Of a stretch of 64,000 nucleotides of DNA, positions 52,627 through 63,160 are shown piece after piece. The stretch lies in the IMG/VR virus record IMGVR_UViG_3300045988_132703, one strand, 5' to 3'. Each line of letters begins with the position of its first letter. The stretch's first letter is position 1. Both the position numbers and the translations under genes were made by a program. The notes below the pieces were generated by a model that saw only the letters and a list, made by a program, of their open reading frames with translations, searched no databases and was not told where the DNA came from. The stretch is from a virus.

Positions 52627-54999
52627 GTGACGCGCTTGAATGATGAAATTTTGAATATCATTGAAAGCGCCAGAAAATCTCATAATAATAAACAGGCGTT
52701 GTTCTTAGAGAAGTATATTGATTATTACAATATGCCGGTTAAGAACAACGTTATTTTATATGAGTCATTTGCGGGCGCGGGTATGATTGATAGTCCTTAC
52801 GCAATTTTTCTGGAATTTTTGCATAATAAAAAATTTAATGACTATATTCATGTTTGGGTAATTAATAATTTTGAAAACAATAATTTTAGACTATTGGAAT
52901 ATGCAGATAAACCAAATGTAAGATTTATTTTATATGGCTCAAATGATTATCTTAAATATATCTCAATAGCACGCTATTTAATTAATAATAATACTTTTCC
53001 TACCTACTGGACAAAGAAACCAGGACAAATTTATGTAAATACTTGGCACGGCGTTCCGCGCAAGAAATTATTTTTTGATATTCCTAATAATAAAATGAAT
53101 ACTGGGAATGTTATGCGAAATTTTTTAAGTGCTGATTATTTACTTGCTAGTGATGATTCAATAGAAAAAATGTATCTGGGCGCTGCGAGACTTAATAGAT
53201 TATGCAATGATAAAATAATTCGCACTAGAGATTTTAGAAAAGAATTAATTATTCCTAAGAAACAAGTTTTTAAGCAACTTGATATGGTAGGAATGATAGA
53301 TTTATCAAAAGAAAGAAAACCAATCGCTTTGTATGCCCCCACTTGGCGTGACGGAAAGTATTCTGTTGATACTGAAATTATTCGAGAATTAGGAAATTAC
53401 GGTTATCGTGTTTTAGTTAAAGCGCACCATGTAGATTATGAAAATAGAGCGAGATATATTCCATCTTCTATTGATATAAATACTTTATTTCCAATTTGTG
53501 ATTTGTTGGTGACAGATTATTCAAGTGTTTTTTATGATTGGATAAATTATGGTAATAATCCAGTTATTTTTTATGCTCCTGATTATGAGGAATATTGTCA
53601 AAAGCAAGGACTATACCAAGACTTTCCATGTGCGCCCGCGAAGAATATTGAAACTTTTAAAACATATCTTGAGAATCTTGATGATTATTGGGAAAAAGTT
53701 CAACAACAAGTTTGGGAACAAGGGACTAATGTTTGGACTGATAAAGATATAAATATTTATGAATTTTTAGAAGGACTTTTGAGTGAAGCTGGTTTTAATA
53801 CTCCAAAAGTGAATGATAAAAAACGTTTGTTATTCTATGCTGGAGATTTTAAGCCAAATGGAGTAACATCTTCTATTCTTTCTTTATTCAATAGAATTGA
53901 TTATAGTAAATATGATGTTTCGCTTATTCTTTTGAAAAAAGATAATCCAGATTATTTGGATAAAATAAATGAAATTAATCCCAATGTTCGTTTACTTGTC
54001 CGCGCGGGAACATATAATCAAACATTACTTGAGCGTTGTGCGAATGAAATCTGTCTTAAAAAAGGAATAGATTCTTTTGAATTAGATAAAATGTTTCCTC
54101 GTGAGCTTTACCGCAGAGAATGGAGACGTTGTTTTGGCGACACTCATTTTGATGCGATAATCAATTTTACTGGTTATAGTCCTTTTTATGCTTATTTTTT
54201 TGCCTATGGTATTAAAAATTCTTCTACTATCCAAAAAATTATTTGGCAACATAATATAATGAAATTAGATCAAATGAGAGAAATTGATGGCAAGTATCCT
54301 TTAAAAGATTCTCTTAATGCAGTTTATTCAACTTACCCTATGTATGATAAAATAGTTTCTGTTAGTGAGCAATGCTTAGAAGCTAATAAAAAAGATTTTC
54401 CTTTTTATGAATCTAAAATGGTGCTGGTCCATAATTTTATTGCTCAACCTTATGATTTATTTGCAAAATCAAATCCCAAATATGCAAATTTTGAGCAACA
54501 TTCTTTTTCGACAGAAGCAGTTTATTTGAATGTTGCGCGTCTTTCTCCTGCAAAGAATCAACTTAATTTGATTAAGGCTTTTAAAGATTTTCATATAAAA
54601 TATAATAAGACTCAACTTTATATTATGGGCGATGGAGAATTAAAAGATAAGATTCTCAAAGAAATAAAAGACTGTGATTTCATTCATTTAATTCCATATA
54701 ATAAAAATCCATTTGCTAATATGAGGAATGCGAATTATAATATTCTTCCATCCGTCTACGAGGGGCAAGGACTTTCTGTAATTGAAGCGAAAGTACTTGG
54801 TAGAAAAACCATTGTTACAGACTTTGGCGTGGATAAGGGAGTAACGGATATAGCAGATATTTTAATTCATGGGACAGATGAGTACGCTATTAGAGCCGCA
54901 CTTGAAGATTCGATTCATTCTTGGAACAAACCTGTTATTGAATTTGATCCATATAAATATAATGAAGAAACAAAAAAGGAGTTTGACTCTCTATTTTGA
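52627..54999 (+). CDS. CDP-glycerol glycerophosphotransferase (TagB/TagF family) fused to a GT4-type glycosyltransferase
   Basis: VNTWHGVPRKK and LYAPTWRD (TagF-family motifs). C-terminal LPSVYEGQGLSVIEAKVLG (GT1/GT4 E-x7-E). GTG/TTG start is uncertain. No TAG in 790 codons. Confidence 0.7.
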   Translation: MTRLNDEILNIIESARKSHNNKQALFLEKYIDYYNMPVKNNVILYESFAGAGMIDSPYAIFLEFLHNKKFNDYIHVWVINNFENNNFRLLEYADKPNVRFILYGSNDYLKYISIARYLINNNTFPTYWTKKPGQIYVNTWHGVPRKKLFFDIPNNKMNTGNVMRNFLSADYLLASDDSIEKMYLGAARLNRLCNDKIIRTRDFRKELIIPKKQVFKQLDMVGMIDLSKERKPIALYAPTWRDGKYSVDTEIIRELGNYGYRVLVKAHHVDYENRARYIPSSIDINTLFPICDLLVTDYSSVFYDWINYGNNPVIFYAPDYEEYCQKQGLYQDFPCAPAKNIETFKTYLENLDDYWEKVQQQVWEQGTNVWTDKDINIYEFLEGLLSEAGFNTPKVNDKKRLLFYAGDFKPNGVTSSILSLFNRIDYSKYDVSLILLKKDNPDYLDKINEINPNVRLLVRAGTYNQTLLERCANEICLKKGIDSFELDKMFPRELYRREWRRCFGDTHFDAIINFTGYSPFYAYFFAYGIKNSSTIQKIIWQHNIMKLDQMREIDGKYPLKDSLNAVYSTYPMYDKIVSVSEQCLEANKKDFPFYESKMVLVHNFIAQPYDLFAKSNPKYANFEQHSFSTEAVYLNVARLSPAKNQLNLIKAFKDFHIKYNKTQLYIMGDGELKDKILKEIKDCDFIHLIPYNKNPFANMRNANYNILPSVYEGQGLSVIEAKVLGRKTIVTDFGVDKGVTDIADILIHGTDEYAIRAALEDSIHSWNKPVIEFDPYKYNEETKKEFDSLF

Positions 55000-55397
55000 A
55001 AACTGTCTTAACTTATGGTACTTTTGATTTATTTCATCAAGGGCATTTAAATCTTCTTCTCCGCGCGCGGAGTATGGGAGATAGATTAATTGTAGGTTTG
55101 TCAACAGATAAATTTAATAGAGATAAAGGAAAAGAATCTTACTTTACCTTTAGTTAGAGGAAAGAATTACTATCTACTCTTGATTGCGTTGATTTAATTA
55201 TTCCAGAAAATAACTGGTGGCAGAAAAAGCGCGACATAATGAATAATCAAGTAGATATTTTTGTCATGGGAGACGATTGGAAAGGTAAGTTTGAATCGCT
55301 TCGTGATTATTGTAGCGTAATTTATTTACCTCGCACCGAAAATATATCTAGTACCGATATAAAGGAGGAGATAAATAGTGCTAATACCAGAGTATAA
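54996..55397 (+). CDS. tagD: Glycerol-3-phosphate cytidylyltransferase
   Basis: GTFDLFHQGH, GLSTDKFN, VMGDDWKGKF. TTG start overlaps the upstream TGA. 1 in-frame TAG. Confidence 0.8.
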
Positions 55398-57540
55398 AAA
55401 GACAGAATGGATTGATAACGGTCCAGAGTATAATCAAGATAATTTTAATAATTTTGAGAATCAAATTGAAAAGTTAAGCAAATATGATTCTTATCATTAG
55501 AAGCAAGTTTATTTGATGGGTTAGAAGTAGTATAAACTTCGTACTTTTACACAATATTGCTGGGATACTCTTGCGGATACACATTTTAAGATTGCAATGT
55601 GTGGAGACTCTGTTTGGTTTGGCTATAATACTTTAAAATCAACAGGCGTTAATGACGATAATAACGCAACAAATTATTACACTGGTAATGCGAATGAAAG
55701 ATTGGATACATCGACTGTAATTGCTGTTCCTACTACTTTTACCTATCCAGATGGTATGTATAAAGACAATAGAAAAGGAACCGCTTCTGCTTTTGACCGT
55801 ATCTTGAAGAAGAGTGGTAGTACTCGTCAATCTAAAGTACGTCCACCAGAAGTAATGATTGAAGCGCTCAACGAAGTCTTTGGTAAGGGTATTAAAGATG
55901 GGCAAGAATTTGATAAGTTTGAGCTTATAAACCAAATTTATACTGGTGATGATGCCTATTGCGCGTATAATCGTTGGGGTGCTTCTGGTGCAGATATTTG
56001 GATGTGTAATCTTGGCATTAATGATGCAAGCGCGGATTTTGTTAATAATGCATATAAAGGTCATGTTGATGAGTTTTTTAAATATTATACTGCTTTAATT
56101 GAGCGCGAGCTTGATAATGGAACTCCTTGTGTAATTATTACACCAGTTCTTCAAACTCAAGCTGCTTCTTATGATTTTGATAAACGTCAGCAAGTTATGG
56201 CTTATGCGGAAGTTCTTCAAGAGATTGGTAAGTTGTATGGCATTCCAGTTATTGACGGAAGCGACTTTAACCGTAATTTTAATGGTAATCAATGTATTGA
56301 TTTTACCCATATGACCAATGACGGTAATAATACAGTTGGCAAAGAGATGGCATCATTGTTTATTGCTGGATACCTAGGACGTCCATTAGTTGTTGAAGAT
56401 GGCTTGTTCTTATCCGCCCGTGTCCAACAAGATAACATTAATGTACGTGGTAATGCCGTTATTGATTATTCGAAGCATTCTCCAACAATGCCTACTCTAT
56501 TAAACAGTCCAGATCTTTATGCAACTGAGCCAAGTCGTGAAAATATGGGCTTGACTGTTTATATGAATTATCCATTAAGCAATAATGAGACTGCGGAAAT
56601 TGTTGACGGACGGTTAGTATATAATACTCCAGATGGGCAAAAGATTGAGTTCAATTTGGACAATTTCCCTTATTATAACGTCTTATGGCGTCAAGCCGAT
56701 TTAAAAGCACGTTCAGACATTGATAGTGCAGTGGCGAAGATTGCATCTCCTATTGCTACAGCTTATGCTACTGATGTAGCTAATGCTGCGACGGATTCTT
56801 GGGATTCTGAGAAGATGATTGAGACCAAAGTCTATGGTGATGCTTATTGGGCGATGTATGAAAAAGTTTATTCTCTTTGCTACAATAATACTCAAAATCT
56901 TGCGGCTGGAACTACTTATTGGATGGATAATCCTAATTCAATTCCATCAACAGTTAAAGGTGATAGCAAATATAGCTTTAGTTTTGCAAAAGATATTAGT
57001 TTAGGAACTACTTATGCTGATATTTATGCAAATCAAATTGTTGAGCTAACTAAGCGCCATACTAATGCAAACAATTAGCAAGATGATGGAGCTATTTATT
57101 ATAGTTTTTATTGCCCTCAAGATGGAATGGTTGCAGTCCCTTATTTGTATGCAAGTGCTTCTTCTGTTTATACTGATGCTGAAAAGCAAAGCAAATTTAA
57201 GGTTGATTTAGCGCTTGACTTTGGCGCAACTCAAGGTTGCCCGCAGAATACATTCGAATGGAATAATGAAGAAAGTTTAATTGTAGACGACGGTGATGAG
57301 CACGCGACCAATGGAATTAGCGTCCCGTCTACTTGCTCTATTGAATGGAGAAATTTGAGTAACAAAGGCTATTATTCAAAATTCCAAATTAGGGATTATA
57401 CTGCTCCTGTAATTGATATAGTATCAAAAGGTTGGCACTCAATTCGCATTAATTCCGCAGCTGCTTCTACTTTTGAATTTTATGGATTGCAATTCCTTGA
57501 TCGCCACACTTATAATTCTTGGATAAAAAGCTAGGAGTGA
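55378..57540 (+). CDS. Tail fibre/spike with SGNH esterase domain
   Basis: AAGGAGGAG RBS, GTG at 55378. Fibre-type N-terminus (EWIDNGPEYNQDNFNNFENQIEKL). CGDSVWFGY, LGINDA, DFTHMTNDGN. 5 in-frame TAG. Confidence 0.65.
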
Positions 57541-57545
57541 TTTAA

Positions 57546-57920
57546 ATGGCACAAAAAATAACACTCCAACAGAATGATAATGGTATCAAGTTATTATTCA
57601 CTATATCTAAAGATAAACAAGTCTCAGATATAACTAATTCAAAAATTAGAATTAAATTTGCAAATCCTTCGGAAGGAACAGAGTTTTGGAAAGAAGCTAA
57701 AATTGTAGATGCTGAAAACGGACAAGCCCAATGTGTTTTATTTAAAAAAGATATTGTTGGAATAGGAACTTATTAGACCGAAGTTGAGACGACTTACCCA
57801 AATGGAGTTCGTCTTTCTAGTAAAAATCCATTTTTAGTTACGATTGTTCCAGAGATATTTGAAGAAACTCAAGAAGTAGTTGAAGATTTTCCCGACTACA
57901 AAGACGAAAATTTAGAATAA
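57546..57920 (+). CDS. BppU_N-like Ig-fold domain protein (tentative)
   Basis: 1 in-frame TAG at 57774. The pattern matches baseplate upper protein N-domains from memory. Confidence 0.4.
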
Positions 57921-57925
57921 ATTTT

Positions 57926-57956
57926 AGAGCATAGAGAAATCTATGCTCTTTTTTTA
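57926..57956 (+). terminator. Rho-independent terminator
   Basis: AGAGCATAG-N6-CTATGCTCT followed by T7. Confidence 0.7.
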
Positions 57957-58013
57957 TTAACAATTTTAAATTCTTATGTTATAATTATTATAGAAAATGA
58001 AAAAGGAGATAAT

Positions 58014-58244
58014 ATGAAAATCAAGAAAGTAGAGTATATTGTTTGTCTAAAGAATGATTTCTTTATGCCTAAGACTACTGTTAAACGGCAATCTTGCGGT
58101 AAGTTGGAGAATATCGCAAATGGTAGATTTTATTTTAGATTGAATGGTAGTAATGCTGTAGTTATTGTTCCTCATGCCGAGATTGATTGGATGGCTCCTA
58201 GTAAGGAATTTTGGGAGCGAGGATGTAGAAAAGAAGATATTTGA
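58014..58244 (+). CDS. Small hypothetical protein
   Basis: AAAGGAG RBS. TGTTATAAT extended -10 upstream (about 57979-87). No TAG. Confidence 0.5.
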   Translation: MKIKKVEYIVCLKNDFFMPKTTVKRQSCGKLENIANGRFYFRLNGSNAVVIVPHAEIDWMAPSKEFWERGCRKEDI

Positions 58245-58269
58245 CAAAAAACTGTAAGTATGCTATAAT
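58241..58269 (+). promoter_or_regulatory. Consensus promoter
   Basis: TTGACA (overlaps the TGA stop), 17-nt spacer, TATAAT, then AATTATAGAAAAT. Confidence 0.6.
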
Positions 58270-58301
58270 AATTATAGAAAATATGAAAAGGAGTAAATTC
58301 T

Positions 58302-58943
58302 ATGTTCGATAGTTTTAATAAAATGTTCCGAAAGATTCCTGCTGGTTGGTGTCGTCTTAGTTTGACTGGCGGCATTGCAGTTAAGACTTCTAATGGTTAT
58401 AAGACTTATGATGTTGCGACTGGCAATCTTGTCAACTGCTCTGATTTTGTGCTTGATGTTGGTGACGATATGTTCTTCTGCATTCCGACCAATACTCTAT
58501 TCAAGGGCGATATTATTCTTGTAAATAATAAGCCTGCTGCGGTTATCAAGGTTGAGAATAATCAGATTACTGCTTTCCGCTATGAAGATTCGACTATTGT
58601 GACTATCGTACCTGAGCATCTGGTTTTTCTTGGTAATACTTATTTCTATTCCAAGATTGTGTCTATGTTTGGCGGCGCGAATGGTACTAGCGTTGACCCA
58701 AAGAATATCATGCAGATTATGATGATGTCTGAGATGTTGAAGGGTTCTGGTTCTGGTGACAATAAGATGATGGCTTTCATGGCAATGTCAATGATGGGTA
58801 ATAATAATCCTTTTGCTGGGCTGATGAGTTCTATGAATCCCATTGCCCCTATCAGTACTACTCCGGCAGTAATGACTACTCCTGTTCAGACTGCCGCTCC
58901 TGCCGAAGCAGCAACTGCTAATAACGAAAATACTACTGTTTAA
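58302..58943 (+). CDS. Hypothetical protein with Met-rich low-complexity tail
   Basis: Track ORF with AAAGGAG RBS. No TAG. Confidence 0.55.
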   Translation: MFDSFNKMFRKIPAGWCRLSLTGGIAVKTSNGYKTYDVATGNLVNCSDFVLDVGDDMFFCIPTNTLFKGDIILVNNKPAAVIKVENNQITAFRYEDSTIVTIVPEHLVFLGNTYFYSKIVSMFGGANGTSVDPKNIMQIMMMSEMLKGSGSGDNKMMAFMAMSMMGNNNPFAGLMSSMNPIAPISTTPAVMTTPVQTAAPAEAATANNENTTV

Positions 58944-58963
58944 TTAAAGAAAGAGGTATATTT

Positions 58964-59836
58964 ATGGGTGGAGGTTCTTGGACCGCGCAGAGTTATACTG
59001 CATATCGTTCTACTACTAAAGCGTGCAACATGGACGCACTTAATTGCGCTTCTGTATATGACATTTATCAAGAGAAAGGGCTTAATCAGGCACTTTCTCC
59101 GATGAATGTAATGCGTGAGGCTTGTGATTCTGAGGAGCATCCTAATAGTTTGCCAGTTATTATTGGTCTTGATGTAACTGGCTCTATGGGCACTGCATCT
59201 GCTCGTTGTGCTCAGAAGTTGAGTGACATTATGACTGAGGTTATTAAGAAAACTAAAGACGTTCAGTTTATGTTTATGGGCATTGGTGACGTTGAATGTG
59301 ATCGTGTTCCTATCCAGCTGACTCAGTTTGAAAGTGATGTCCGTATCGCGCAGCAGATGGAGAAGATTTATTTTGAAGGTGGCGGTGGCGGCAACGATTA
59401 CGAAAGTTATACTGCTGCATGGTATATGGGTAGCCGTCACTGCAAGCTAGATTGCTGGGCAAAGGGTAAAAAGGGTTTGATTATCACTCTAGGTGATGAA
59501 CCGCTTAATCCTATTCTTGAATCCTACGGACTCAAGAAAGCAACTGGCGATAGTCTCCAGGCTGATGTTAAAACCAAAGAACTATATGACGAGACGGCAG
59601 AGAAGTATGATATTTTTCATATTTCTATTGATGACCCGTCTAGCAGCTATAATTATCGCGCAAAGAGAATTGACGAATCTTTTGAGAAGATTCTCCCCAC
59701 TGGTCATTATAAGGTAGCTACTCTTGAGCAGCTTCCGAATTTGATCACGGCTATTATCGAGGGGCATTATAACGGCTTTGAGACTCTTGAAAACGCGGAA
59801 CCGACTAGCGAAGATACCGCTTGGACTAACTGGTAA
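58964..59836 (+). CDS. von Willebrand factor A (vWA) domain protein
   Basis: MIDAS-like IIGLDVTGSMG. LIITLGDEP. No TAG. Confidence 0.65.
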   Translation: MGGGSWTAQSYTAYRSTTKACNMDALNCASVYDIYQEKGLNQALSPMNVMREACDSEEHPNSLPVIIGLDVTGSMGTASARCAQKLSDIMTEVIKKTKDVQFMFMGIGDVECDRVPIQLTQFESDVRIAQQMEKIYFEGGGGGNDYESYTAAWYMGSRHCKLDCWAKGKKGLIITLGDEPLNPILESYGLKKATGDSLQADVKTKELYDETAEKYDIFHISIDDPSSSYNYRAKRIDESFEKILPTGHYKVATLEQLPNLITAIIEGHYNGFETLENAEPTSEDTAWTNW

Positions 59837-59854
59837 TTAAAGAAAGGATTAATC

Positions 59855-61042
59855 GTGAAAGAAGTAAAGGTAGTTATTGGCGCAAATTATGGTGACGAAG
59901 GTAAGGGTCTAATGACTAACTACTTCGCGTATCAGGCTGATAAGAAGCATAAAAAGTGTTTGAATATTCTTTTTAATGGCGGTGCTCAGCGTGGGCATAC
60001 CGTAGAAAATGGAGGTTTCCGTCACGTCTTTCATGCTTTTGGCGCAGCATCATACCAAGATGCGGATACCTTTTACAATCATCATTTCATGGTTAATCCT
60101 TTTATTTTTCTTTCTGAGAAAAATGAATTAGAGAAACTCTATGTGAATCATGGGCGAACTTGGGTTGATTGGAATTGTGAAATTACAACCCCTTATGATA
60201 TTTTATTTAATCAAGCTCTTGAGCAATCAAGAGGAAAAAGTCGTCATGGCTCGTGTGGTTGCGGAATTTTCGAAACTTTTAATCGAGTAAATAAAGGATT
60301 TCATTTTACTTGTAAAGAACTTTTTATGTCTTTTGGTGAACTTTATAGTAAGATTAAATTTATTCGTGATAAATATTTTGCTGAAAAGCGAATGAAAGAA
60401 ACGGATATTGTTTTTACAATGGAGTGGCGTGAAAACTTCTTCAGTGAGATTACTCTTGCTAATTTTGTAAAAGACTTAATGGATTTTAAAAAGTCTGTTT
60501 ATTTTAGTTCTTTAGATGAAATTTCAGATTATTATGACACTTTAATTTTTGAGGGCGGACAAGGGCTTGCTCTTGATATGGATAATAAAAAAGACTTTCC
60601 GCATCTTACTCCGTCTCATACCGGCTCTGATTGGGTAATCGAGCAATTAAGAAAATTGGATGGAGTATTTGATGTTGAAGTATGCTATGTTACTCGGAGT
60701 TATTTTACTCGGCATGGCGCAGGCGCGCTAAAAAATGAAGTGCATGAACCATGCGAACTTGGTATTAAGAATATGGATAAAACCAATGTTAAAAATGATT
60801 GGCAGGGGTCTATTCGTTATGCCCCTTTCAATGAGAAAGATTACATTCAGCGAGTTCAGCATGATGTAGATAAATGGAGTTATGATTTGCTTCATAAGAA
60901 AATTGAGCATTTTAAAGTCTCACAATCTTTTACCCATCTAAATGAAATTTCTCTTATTGGAGAAGTGGATACTTCTTTATCTCCTTATGTTTATCTTTCT
61001 TTTTCCCCCAATTTTGATGATGTTGTTTATATCCATAAATAA
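59855..61042 (+). CDS. Adenylosuccinate synthetase (PurA/PurZ) superfamily protein, divergent
   Basis: GDEGKG P-loop, GGAQRGHT, GSCGCGIFET, FEGGQGLALD, VTRSYFTRHGAG. The Asp-binding TTGRRR loop is not conserved. No TAG. Confidence 0.7.
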   Translation: MKEVKVVIGANYGDEGKGLMTNYFAYQADKKHKKCLNILFNGGAQRGHTVENGGFRHVFHAFGAASYQDADTFYNHHFMVNPFIFLSEKNELEKLYVNHGRTWVDWNCEITTPYDILFNQALEQSRGKSRHGSCGCGIFETFNRVNKGFHFTCKELFMSFGELYSKIKFIRDKYFAEKRMKETDIVFTMEWRENFFSEITLANFVKDLMDFKKSVYFSSLDEISDYYDTLIFEGGQGLALDMDNKKDFPHLTPSHTGSDWVIEQLRKLDGVFDVEVCYVTRSYFTRHGAGALKNEVHEPCELGIKNMDKTNVKNDWQGSIRYAPFNEKDYIQRVQHDVDKWSYDLLHKKIEHFKVSQSFTHLNEISLIGEVDTSLSPYVYLSFSPNFDDVVYIHK

Positions 61043-61115
61043 TTGACAATATTTACCTCTTATGATATAATTATATTAGAAATAGTATAATTATACTCAT
61101 AAGAGGTATTTTTTT
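61043..61115 (+). promoter_or_regulatory. Consensus promoter nested in a 12-bp inverted repeat + U7 (terminator/promoter module)
   Basis: TTGACA (61043-48), 17-nt spacer, TATAAT (61066-71). Arms TACCTCTTATGA (61054-65) and TCATAAGAGGTA (61097-108), then T7. Confidence 0.6.
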
Positions 61116-62162
61116 ATGTATCAATTTTCAATAGTAATCCCTTGTTTTAATAGTTCTCCATATATCGCAGCGACACTTGAGTCAATTGTAAATTAGCATT
61201 TAGGTGATAAAATTCAAGTTGTACTCGTGGACGATTGTTCAACAGAACCATTTGATGAAGTAATAAAGCCTTATGAAGAAAAGCTTCATATTAAAAAAGT
61301 AAAAACAGAAAAGAATCTTGGGACTGGTATGGCTCGTCAATTTGGTATTGATAACGCCGATGGTGATTGGGTTATTTTTTGTGACCATGATGATTTCTTC
61401 GTGCCTAATACTTTCAACAGAGTTAGAACAATCATTCGCAATAATCCCAGCCGCAATATAATTCAAACTAGATTTCAAGAGGTAACTCAATCTGGCGAAA
61501 TAATCCCTTATTCTCTTGAGAAAGGGATGAATTGGGTTCATGGAAAATTTTTTAGAAGAAGTTTTTTAAAAGATTATAATTTAACTTTTTGTGACGGGCT
61601 TGAAACGCATGAGGATATTTATTTTTCAATTTTAACTCGTTTAATGACAGAGCATCTTGGCGCGCCAACTTTAAATTGCGATTTAATAATTTATAATTGG
61701 GTTAATCGACCAGAGTCTCTATCTCATAGACGTGAAACTGGTTTAGATTTATTTTGCAATCATTTTCAAGATTATGTTACAAGTGCACTAGGCCCTCTTG
61801 ATAAATTGCATAATGAATTATCTTTAGAGGAAATTTTATCTCAAGGTTTAAGTTCTTTCTTATTTGTTTATTTTTATGTACAAGGATTTTACCAACTCGG
61901 ACGTGGAGATGCAAAAGAATATCGTAGAATAATGCTTAATTGCGTTAAAAAGATTATGACTTACACTGGATTTAATTCACAACAATTAGAATCTATTCTT
62001 GGTCAAAATCCTGCGACTTTTTGTATGATTCGTGAAAAAGCTTTTGATTCAGTTGGTTATTTCTTTGAAGTTGATAATGTTGCAGAGATTATCGAGTCCG
62101 CAGAAGCAGAGTTAATTGAATCTAAGGAGAAAGAATTAAAGGATGAACAATCAGAGAGTTGA
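61116..62162 (+). CDS. Family 2 glycosyltransferase
   Basis: IPCFNS, VVLVDDCS, CDHDDFF. In-frame TAG at about 61194. Paralog of 42396..43442. Confidence 0.75.
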
Positions 62163-63135
62163 TGTTATAATTCCTTTTTACAATCAAAAAGATTTTTTAG
62201 TTAGATGTTTAAGTAGTATTCAAGTGTAGACGATTTCAGATGACATAGACGTAACTATTATAGATGATTGTTCTGATGAAAACATTGATGATATTATTAC
62301 GTTTTTTAAGCGTTTTTTAAATATAAATGTACTTCATTTAAATCGTAACAAAGGACCTGGCTATGCTCGACAACTAGGATTAGATATTACTTCTGCGCCT
62401 TATGTCTGTTTTATAGATGCAGACGACATTTTTGAAAACGCTTATGCTGTAGAATATATGCGTGGATTGATGCTTGTTAATAAGAAAAGACCTGCTGTAT
62501 TCACATCGTTCGTTGAGGAGTGCAGCGATGGACGAAAAATTCCTCATATTAAAGATAATACATGGATATTTGGAAAGATTTATTCTCGAGAATTTCTTAA
62601 TGAAAACAAAATTGTTTTCAGTGATAGTCGAGAGAATGAAGATAAAGGTTTTAACTGTGCAGTAATGCTTTGCGCGCAGAAAGATCCAAATAACGGAATT
62701 CGTTTTGAAGATCGTATTACTTACTCTTGGAAGTGGAATGAAAAATCTATTACAAGAGAAAATAATTTTGACTATCGTCATAGAGATTTAATTGGCTTTA
62801 CTTATAACACTCTTGATGCTATTCAAATCGGAATTAAAGCAAATGCTCCGATAAATGCGATAGCAAGGCAATCAACTGTTACTATGATATATCTTTATTA
62901 TCGTTATCTTGAAAATTTAAAGACTAATGATTATTCTAATGAAGATATAATTAAATATTGTTATGATTTTTATATGCAAGCGTATAAAAATTATGGTTAT
63001 AAACCAACAGATAGAGAATTTAAATTTATTAAAGATAATCAAACTACGACATTTAGAAAAAGAAATTTGATAGATGTAGATAGTGTCCCTATTTCTTTTG
63101 AAAATTTTATTCTAAATCTTGATGGAAATATTTGA
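62143..63135 (+). CDS. Family 2 glycosyltransferase
   Basis: IIPFYNQ, TIIDDCSD, FIDADD. 1 in-frame TAG. 20-nt overlap with the upstream gene. Confidence 0.7.
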
Positions 63136-63160
63136 CTTTTTACTCTATATATGCTATAAT
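63132..63160 (+). promoter_or_regulatory. Consensus promoter for tRNA-His
   Basis: TTGACT, 17-nt spacer, TATAAT, ATTTATAGAAAAT. Leader hairpin AAGAGAGGA-N7-TCCTCTCTT follows. Confidence 0.6.

Noticed and set aside
52525-52641. A 38-codon ORF upstream of the TagF-like gene as a real gene or leader peptide.
   Set aside because: It has an ATG but only a weak RBS, overlaps the GTG/TTG start region of the large gene, and has no recognisable features. I left it unannotated as too uncertain.
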